A DNA stretch of 32,000 nucleotides from the NCBI RefSeq assembly GCF_042660085.1, contig NZ_JBHSTI010000008.1:2175604-2207603 (forward strand), written 5' to 3'. A model generated the notes under the pieces. That model saw only the letters and a program-made list of their open reading frames with translations. It had not been told where the DNA came from and ran no database searches. The translations under genes were made by a program, and so were the position numbers. This stretch comes from Longivirga aurantiaca (GTDB taxonomy: Bacteria; Actinomycetota; Actinomycetes; S36-B12; CAIYMF01). Shown in pieces: positions 10,733-17,158 of the stretch (position 1 is its first letter; each line of letters starts with the position of its first letter).

Positions 10733-11784
10733 GACTCCCCCTGACCCGGGTTCGGCGGCTCGGCAGCGACGAGACGGCGCAGTGCTGCGATCGCGTGGCC
10801 GTTGGCACGCAGCGTGTGGTGGGCGTTGTCGGGGTTGGTCGCGGCGAGCCATGAGTTCACGAGCATCCGCTGCGCCATCCGCGCCCGCACCAGGTGCGGC
10901 AGCAGGTCGATCTCGTCGGCGGTCAGCGGGCGGGTGCTCACGTAGCCGTCCGCGAGGTCGTACGCCGGACGCCACGGGTCGACAGCCGGATCCGCGAGGG
11001 CCTCCACCGAGGGGACGGCGTAGGCCATGGCGACGGCGAGGTCGGCCACCACCGCGGTGCTCACCATGTCGCCGAAGTCGAGGATGCCGCTGACCCAGCC
11101 CTCGTCGTCGACGACGACGTTGTCCATGTTGGCGTCGTTGTGCACCACCTGGTGCCGCACGCGCGCGAGTCCAGGCTCCGTCACGGTGGCGTACCGGTCG
11201 AGCTCGGCCTCGACATCAGCGCGGGCCTCGGCGTCGTCGATGTGCGCCAGGTGCGGTCGCAGGGTCGCGAGCCTCTGCAGGTCCCACGCCAGCACCCGGT
11301 CGGCGCCGGGGTGCGAGAACCGCTCGAGCGCCTGCGACAGCCGGCCGATGGCGGCGCCGACTGCGCGACGCTGCTCGGGCGTCGTCCGGTCGTAGTCGAG
11401 CGTGCGGCCCGGCAGGAACGACAGCACGCGCACGAGCCGGGGCTCGCCGTCGGCGCCGTCGATCCAGGACGACGCCGAGCCGTCGCGGTCGAGCACCACC
11501 CGGGGCACGGGGAAGCCGGGGTCCACGGCCGCGACGTGCTGGAGCGCCGCGAGCTGCATCGCGATGACATCGAGGTCGTCGGCGGGGTTCGCGATCTTCA
11601 GCACGTACCGCTGCTCACCGACCGAGACGCGGAACGTGTCGTCGCGCTCGGTGTCGAACCGACGGATACCCGTGACCTGCAGGCCGTAGCGCTCGATCGC
11701 CAGGTCGGCGGCGCGCTCGACGCCGAGAGGCGTGAACGTCGCGGTGATCGCGTCGTCGGTGCGCAGCTCGTCCACGCGCCGCAC
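10729..11784 (-). CDS. Aminoglycoside-phosphotransferase-fold (APH/choline-kinase-like) kinase
   Basis: 351 aa with a GTG start. It has the catalytic loop VVHNDANMDNVVV (HxDxxxxN), the Mg-binding ILDFGD and a nucleotide-binding Lys context (YVLKIANP). It is translationally coupled to the downstream class-III enzyme. Confidence 0.85.
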   Translation of the reverse strand: MRRVDELRTDDAITATFTPLGVERAADLAIERYGLQVTGIRRFDTERDDTFRVSVGEQRYVLKIANPADDLDVIAMQLAALQHVAAVDPGFPVPRVVLDRDGSASSWIDGADGEPRLVRVLSFLPGRTLDYDRTTPEQRRAVGAAIGRLSQALERFSHPGADRVLAWDLQRLATLRPHLAHIDDAEARADVEAELDRYATVTEPGLARVRHQVVHNDANMDNVVVDDEGWVSGILDFGDMVSTAVVADLAVAMAYAVPSVEALADPAVDPWRPAYDLADGYVSTRPLTADEIDLLPHLVRARMAQRMLVNSWLAATNPDNAHHTLRANGHAIAALRRLVAAEPPNPGQGES

Positions 11785-11801
11785 GCTATCCGACGCCCGG
11801 A

Positions 11802-13373
11802 TCAGTCCGCGGGGTCGGTGCGGGTACGCCGGAACCGGGCGCGCAGCACCTCGATGTCGGTCTGCACTACATCCGGGTCGGGATCGCCCTTCTCGCCGTA
11901 CCAGCCCGCGAGCCGGCCGGCGCGGCTGACCGCGCGCAGCCGTCGCTCGACCTGGCTGCGCACCGCGCGCGGAACCACGATGAGGATCTGGTCGCCGCTG
12001 CGCAGCCGCATCTCGCGCGCAGGCACCAGCGGCTCACGGTCACGCGCGATCAGGCTGACGACCGCTCCCTTGGGCAGCCGCAGCTCGCCGATCGTGACCC
12101 CTTGCAGCTTGGACTCGAGCGGCACCTCGAACTGCAGCACGTCGGCCGAGATGTCCTCGAGCGGCGCGGCCTCCACCTCGATCTCGGCCGTGTGCTCGCG
12201 ATCCACCACGCCCAGCCGGCGGGCCAGGTAGGGCAGCGGCGGCGCCTGGATCAGGGTGAAGACCACGACGAGCAGGAAGACCACGTCGAAGATCTCCTGC
12301 GCCACCGGCAGCCCCTGGCTGAGCGGGATCGTCGCGAGCACGACCGGCACCGCGCCCCGCAGCCCGGCCCAGGACAGGAACGCCTGCTCGCGCACGCCGA
12401 CCCGGAAGAGGAACGTCGACAGCACCACCGACGCCGGCCGCGCGATCACGAGCAGCACGGTGCCGAGCACCAGCGCGGTGGGCAGCGCGTCGAGGAGGCG
12501 GTCCGGGCTCGCGAGCAGGCCGAGCAGCACGAACAGCCCGATCTGCGCGATCCAGCCCAGGGCCTCGACAAATCCGACGGTCGTCGAGCGGTGCGGCAGC
12601 TGGGCGTTCCCGAGCCAGAGCGCGGCGACGTAGATGGCGGCGAAGCCCGACGCCTCCACCGCTCCGGCGGCGGCGAAGGCCAGCATCGCCAGCGCGACGG
12701 TCGCGACCGGGTAGAGGCCCGACGACGGCAGTGCGACGCGGCGCAGCATCTCCTGGCCGAGCCGCGCGATCGCCAGGCCGATGAGCACTCCCCCGACGAG
12801 CTCGTAGACGACCAGGGCTGCGGTCGACCAGGGGTTCAGCGCGTCCCAGCCGTCGGAGGAGAGCAGCGTCACGAGCAGGATGGCCAGCGGGTCGTTGAGC
12901 CCCGACTCGGCCTCGAGCGTTGACGACACACGTCGCTTGATCGGCAGCCGGCGCAGCACCGAGAAGACCGCGGCAGCATCGGTCGACGACACGACCGCGC
13001 CGAACAGCAGGGCCGTGCGCAGGTCGAGGCCGAGCAGGAAGTGCAGGAACCCCGCGGTGACGGCGACGCTCACGGCGACGCCGACCGTCGCGAGCATCAG
13101 CGAACGGCCAAGCACGGGTCGGATCGCGTCCCATCGGGTCGTGAAGCCGCCCTCGGCCAGGATGATCGCCAGCGCGACGAAGCCGAGCACGCGGGTCAGC
13201 GCCGCGTCCTCGTACTCGATGCCGAACCCCGCCTCGCCGAGGACGAGGCCGAAGCCGAGGTAGATCAGCAGGGTCGGGAGGCCTGCCCAGCGCGAGAAGC
13301 GCACCGAGACGACGGCGAGCAGCAGCACCCCGGTGCCGACGAGCAGCACCAGGTAGAGGTCGTGCGTGCTCAT
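11802..13373 (-). CDS. K+/H+ antiporter, CPA1 (NhaP2/CvrA-like) with C-terminal TrkA-C/RCK_C domain
   Basis: 523 aa. The multi-TM exchanger core carries VSSTDAAAVFSVL and ESGLNDPLAILL. The C-terminal soluble domain (GVTIGELRLPKGAVVSLIARDRE...SGDQILIVV) is typical of TrkA-C. Confidence 0.85.
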   Translation of the reverse strand: MSTHDLYLVLLVGTGVLLLAVVSVRFSRWAGLPTLLIYLGFGLVLGEAGFGIEYEDAALTRVLGFVALAIILAEGGFTTRWDAIRPVLGRSLMLATVGVAVSVAVTAGFLHFLLGLDLRTALLFGAVVSSTDAAAVFSVLRRLPIKRRVSSTLEAESGLNDPLAILLVTLLSSDGWDALNPWSTAALVVYELVGGVLIGLAIARLGQEMLRRVALPSSGLYPVATVALAMLAFAAAGAVEASGFAAIYVAALWLGNAQLPHRSTTVGFVEALGWIAQIGLFVLLGLLASPDRLLDALPTALVLGTVLLVIARPASVVLSTFLFRVGVREQAFLSWAGLRGAVPVVLATIPLSQGLPVAQEIFDVVFLLVVVFTLIQAPPLPYLARRLGVVDREHTAEIEVEAAPLEDISADVLQFEVPLESKLQGVTIGELRLPKGAVVSLIARDREPLVPAREMRLRSGDQILIVVPRAVRSQVERRLRAVSRAGRLAGWYGEKGDPDPDVVQTDIEVLRARFRRTRTDPAD

Positions 13374-13493
13374 GGCGCGGCAGCGCAGGTCGTGGTCACG
13401 ACTGCCCTGCAGGTCACGCGCCCTCCGTCCGCCGTGGCTCGTTCCTCAGCCTACTGAGACGGTGTCACGCCGAGGTTTCCGCCCGTTGCGGCC

Positions 13494-13546
13494 GGACACC
13501 CCAGCGGCCGGCTCCGAGGGTGTGGGAGCCGGCCGCCGGGGTGTCC
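13494..13546 (-). terminator. Long GC-rich hairpin downstream of the secreted-protein gene
   Basis: The structure is GGACACCCC-agc-GGCCGGCUCC-loop(9)-GGAGCCGGCC-gcc-GGGGUGUCC: a 9+10 bp stem with a symmetric 3x3 internal loop. It lies 27 nt after the stop at 13573. There is no clear U-tract, which is common in high-GC actinobacteria. Confidence 0.5.
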
Positions 13547-13572
13547 GGGGTGGTCGTGCGGAGCGCGGACGG

Positions 13573-14154
13573 TCAGGGGCGCTGGCCAGCGTCGGACGGC
13601 TTGCCTGCGTGGGCGGGCTTGCCGTGACCCGCCTTCTTGTCGGCAGCCTTGGCCTTGCCGTTCGCGCCGGGCTCGGTGGCCGGTGCGTCGGTGCCGTCGT
13701 CGGTGGCCTCCGGCGTGCCCTTCTTGTCGAGGTAGACCTGGGCGCAGTAGTCCTCGACCGTGCCCTCGCCGGCAGCGGCGACGAGCGCAGCAGCAGCGGG
13801 GTTGCCCGCGTCGGCCTTGTCCTGGGTCAGGCCGCCGTGCGCCCACGCGGTGCACAGGCCGTAGGCGGCCGGTCCGGTGGCGTCCGGGCCGGTGGTCGCC
13901 GACTCCTCGGCGGCGGGGCTCGTCGCGTCGTCCGCGACCTCGTCGGTGGTGTCGTCGGACGCCGTGGTCGGGTCATCGGCGGCCGTCTCGTCACCGGTCG
14001 ACGCGCTAGTGGGGTCGGTGCTGGTGACCGTGGGCTCGTCCGAGCCTGCGAGCGCGACGGGCAGGGCAACCGTTGCGGCGGCACCGCCGGCGAGAAGGAC
14101 GGCGCTCACGGCCGCGGCGGCAGCCTTGGAGGTGAGCAGGGCGGTGAGCAGCAT
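13573..14154 (-). CDS. Secreted hypothetical protein (signal peptide, acidic Thr/Asp-rich linker, 2-Cys core, Lys/His-rich tail)
   Basis: 193 aa. GAGGAA lies 5 nt before the ATG. The signal peptide ends in ALA-GS. The core reads AAYGLCTAWAHGG...VEDYCAQVYL and the C-terminus reads GKAKAADKKAGHGKPAHAGKP. GC3 is high in this frame. The function is not recognised. Confidence 0.6.
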   Translation of the reverse strand: MLLTALLTSKAAAAAVSAVLLAGGAAATVALPVALAGSDEPTVTSTDPTSASTGDETAADDPTTASDDTTDEVADDATSPAAEESATTGPDATGPAAYGLCTAWAHGGLTQDKADAGNPAAAALVAAAGEGTVEDYCAQVYLDKKGTPEATDDGTDAPATEPGANGKAKAADKKAGHGKPAHAGKPSDAGQRP

Positions 14155-14673
14155 GTGGATTCCTCACGTCGGCCGGGCGGTGTGCCCGTCTGGGCGAGGA
14201 ACGACGCTCCACTGCGACCCGTTACCGCCGGAACGCCATCTGCGACGAAACTGCGCCGGATGGGTGACGATCCGTGGGCTGCGCGGGTGAACGCCCCGCT
14301 GACCGGACGACCACGACCGCGGCGGAGGCCGAACGGACCGACGAGACCTCCGTCAGCGCCCGGGCCTGCGGTGCGACGAACCCGGTCCCTGCACCCACGT
14401 CGACGCACCTGCCGCGCCGTTCACGGCGCCCTGCTCTCCGTCGCCGTGACGCCGTGATGCCGGGGCGGCTCCGGCGGCTGGCGGGCAGTCCGGGACGGCC
14501 TGTTGCGGCTGCGGCGGCTGGAGCCCTCGGCGATCGTAGGTAGCCATCGCGGCGGTGTGTCCCGCTCGTTGGCACCTCGCGTGGAACGGCGACCGCCATG
14601 AGATCGGGCAGAGCGCGCCCTACCTCTGCGCGGTCGCTGCGAGGCCGCTGACGACGCGGCTCGCCCAGATCGT

Positions 14674-16311
14674 TCAGTCGGCGGGAATCGCCTCGACATC
14701 GACTCCGGACATCGCCAGGACGGCTGCCCGCACGGTGGGGAAGCGGGACGTGTCCGGAAGCAGGTCGGTGAGGCCGAGCGCCTCCAGATGCTGATCGAAG
14801 GCGCGACGGGAACGTGCGATCACGAACTGGATCCCCTTGTCGCGCAGCTGCTCGATCATCTTCCGCAGCCCCTCGGCGCCCGAAGCGTCGAGGCTCACCA
14901 CGGCCTCCGCGTCGAGCACTACCGCACGCACCTCGTGCGGGGCGCCGTCCACCGCCTCTCGGACGCGGCCGGCGAAGTAGCGGCTGTTGGCGAAGAACAG
15001 CCGGTCGTCAAGACGGTAGACGACGACTCCGGGCACGACCCTCGCCTTCGGCCGTCGCTGGACGTCGACGAAGCGGCGCGCCACCGGGTCCCAGCCCAGC
15101 ACTGCGTCGCGGGGCTGTGCGCTCGTACGCACGACGTCGATGATGGACAGAAGGACGGCGAGGATCAGCGAAGGCAGCAGGCCGATCGTGATCATCCCCA
15201 GGACCAGGACTCCAGCGATCGCGAACTCGGGCCGTGAGCCCCGCCAGAGCGCTCTCCAGGCCTGGAGGTCGATGAGGCCGAGGGCGGCGAAGATGATGAC
15301 TGCTGCCAGCGTGGCCTTCGGCAGGAGGGCGAGCACGCCTGTCAGGAACAGCAGGACCACCGCGGCCACGGCCACCTGGACGAGCCCGACCACCTGCGTA
15401 CGTCCGCCCACCCGGACGTTGATCGCGGTACGGGATCCACTCGATCCGAGCGGGAAGGACTGCGACAGCCCGGCGGCGAGGTTGACGCCGGCGAGCGCCA
15501 TCAGCTCCTGGTTCGCGTCGACGGGACGGCCGCCGTCGAGGGCGAAGCTGCGTGCAGCGAGGATGGCGTCGGCGAAGCCCACCAGAGCGACCGCGATCGC
15601 GATCGGGACGAGCTGGAGCACCTGCACTGCTCCGACGCCGGGCCAGTCCAAGGCCGGCAGCCCGGCAGGGATGTCCCCCACCAGCGTGACGCCCAGGCCG
15701 TCGAAGTCCCAAGCCCACGATAGGGCGATCGCGATGACGGTCACCGCGAGCAGTGCCGGGAAGCGGGGAAGCCAGCGTGCTCCGACCATGAGCGCCGCCA
15801 ACGACAGGCCCCCGACCAGGAGCTCGAGCTGGTCCACCTGCCCCACGAACCCGGTCAGGAACGACGCGTACTCCTGCAGCGGGGTGTCGCCCTCGACCGC
15901 GACCCCCGTGAACTCGTCGAGCTGGCCCGCGAGGAGGGTGAGCGCAAGACCCGTGAGGAAGCCCAGCAGGACCGACGTCGAGAAGTAGTCGGCGACCCAG
16001 CCGAGGCGGAACACGCGTGCGAGGACGAAGGCCGCCGCCACCAGGAGCGCCATCATCGCGGCCAGCACCGGGTAGTCGGCCGGGTCCGAGCTGATCGCGA
16101 CCAGCGCCGGCCCCACCATGAGCGCCGTGGTCGCGGTCGGTCCCGTCATCAGGTTGCGTGAGGAACCGAGCAGCGCGTACACAGCCAACGGCAGCAGCAG
16201 TCCGTAGAGCCCCGAGACGACCGGCAGCCCCGCCGTCTGCGCATAGGCCATCGATTGGGGGATCGCGATCGCGGCGAGAGCCACGCCGGCGACGAGATCC
16301 GCGCGCAACAC
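14674..16311 (-). CDS. SulP-family anion (sulfate) permease with C-terminal STAS domain
   Basis: 545 aa from GTG 16311. The SulP N-terminal motif is DLVAGVALAAIAIPQSMAYAQTAGLP...YALLGSSR. The STAS domain reads VVVYRLDDRLFFANSRYF...VVLDAEAVVSLDASGAEGLRK. See the findings for the unusual start. Confidence 0.9.
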   Translation of the reverse strand: MLRADLVAGVALAAIAIPQSMAYAQTAGLPVVSGLYGLLLPLAVYALLGSSRNLMTGPTATTALMVGPALVAISSDPADYPVLAAMMALLVAAAFVLARVFRLGWVADYFSTSVLLGFLTGLALTLLAGQLDEFTGVAVEGDTPLQEYASFLTGFVGQVDQLELLVGGLSLAALMVGARWLPRFPALLAVTVIAIALSWAWDFDGLGVTLVGDIPAGLPALDWPGVGAVQVLQLVPIAIAVALVGFADAILAARSFALDGGRPVDANQELMALAGVNLAAGLSQSFPLGSSGSRTAINVRVGGRTQVVGLVQVAVAAVVLLFLTGVLALLPKATLAAVIIFAALGLIDLQAWRALWRGSRPEFAIAGVLVLGMITIGLLPSLILAVLLSIIDVVRTSAQPRDAVLGWDPVARRFVDVQRRPKARVVPGVVVYRLDDRLFFANSRYFAGRVREAVDGAPHEVRAVVLDAEAVVSLDASGAEGLRKMIEQLRDKGIQFVIARSRRAFDQHLEALGLTDLLPDTSRFPTVRAAVLAMSGVDVEAIPAD

Positions 16312-16543
16312 GCGCGGGGAGTATGAGCGCAGGTCCCCGACGAGGGGGGCAAGCGATTCCAGGACCGGGGGTCGGCTCGAGGCGGATGCACCTCGGTCGG
16401 GTCACCCGCCTGCTGCTGGTCCGCCGGCTCAGGGCGTCGCGACTCGTCCATCGCGCACATTGCATCGCACATGCCCCGACCGATGCAGCAGATGCGCCCG
16501 AGAGATTCCGCATTCGCGGTGCATCCCGGGTCGCCACAAGGCC
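16312..16543. promoter_or_regulatory. Divergent intergenic region between SulP and the anSME-remnant/sulfatase operon
   Basis: About 230 nt with no credible ORF, so it must carry the promoters for both divergent units. It contains nested inverted repeats GATGCA-GATGCG...CGCATT-TGCATC (16482-16525) and direct repeats ATCGC(GC)ACAT (16450-16472). No -35/-10 pair could be assigned with confidence. Confidence 0.3.
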
Positions 16544-17158
16544 ATGCTGTCGCTCGTGATGGGGGTGGACGCGTGGACCGCGGTGCCGCGGCCGTTCCAT
16601 GCCATGTCTGCACCCACGGGCGCCATCTGCAACCTCGGCTGCGAGTACTGCTTCTACCTGGCCGATGAGTCCCTCTACCCCGGCGGCTCCTCCCGGATGC
16701 CCGAGGATGTCCTCGAGGGCTACGTGGTCGGGCTCCTCGAGGCGCAGGCAGGTCTGGCGGAGGTGGTCATCGCCTTCGAGGGCGGTGGGCCCACCCGGGT
16801 CGGGAGCCTGGCCGACGCCCGGACACTGCTTCAGATGGTCGACTCCCCGAAGCAGACGGCGTTCGGCACCGCGACACGCGACAGCCTGCCTCAGTGCTTC
16901 CGGCGGTGCGATGTCGGCTTCGCCTGCGGCGGCTGCTGTCCGAAGGACCGTCTGATCGACGCTCCTGGTGGCGAGGCAGGGCTCAACTGGTTCTGCTCGG
17001 GCCACCGGTCGTTCTTCCGGCACATCGACGCACCGATGCGGACGATGGCCGATGTCGTCCCGACCGGCAGCGGCGCCGCCGATGTCATGGGCTGGTATGC
17101 GCAGCACCAGCCTGATCCGCACTCGGCTGCGCCGGCACCCAGTGGAGGAGCACCATGA
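16544..17158 (+). pseudogene. Internally deleted paralog of the anaerobic sulfatase-maturating enzyme (relic or minimal form)
   Basis: It aligns to the intact anSME (4844-6112) only at the N-terminal ~75 aa (AICNLGCEYC, AFEGGGPT) and the C-terminal ~100 aa (RTLLQMVDSP, CDVGFACGGCCPKDR, FFRHIDAPM). About 235 central codons are missing in frame. SD signals are weak at all candidate starts (16544, 16559, 16604). Its TGA overlaps the sulfatase ATG. Confidence 0.6.

Noticed and set aside
10733-10975. An 81-aa N-terminal extension of the class-III PLP enzyme ORF.
   Set aside because: The extension is Arg/Pro/Ala-rich, overlaps the 3' end of the kinase gene, and lies upstream of where family homology begins. 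ATG 10732, with its ATGA overlap, is the better start.
14376-14396. A possible partial copy of the tRNA-Ala 3' half: CGAACCCGGTCCCTGCACCC versus CGAACCCCTGACCCCCTGCATGCC. It could have been an island att repeat.
   Set aside because: The match needs gaps and covers only short GC-rich runs. No integrase or excisionase is present in the window. It is not distinguishable from chance by eye.
14353-14547. A 64-aa minus ORF, together with an 89-aa plus ORF (14274-14543), in the 520-bp gap.
   Set aside because: GC3 is moderately high but there is no SD, no recognisable motif, and the two ORFs overlap each other. They are kept only as a possible gene-remnant signal in the findings.
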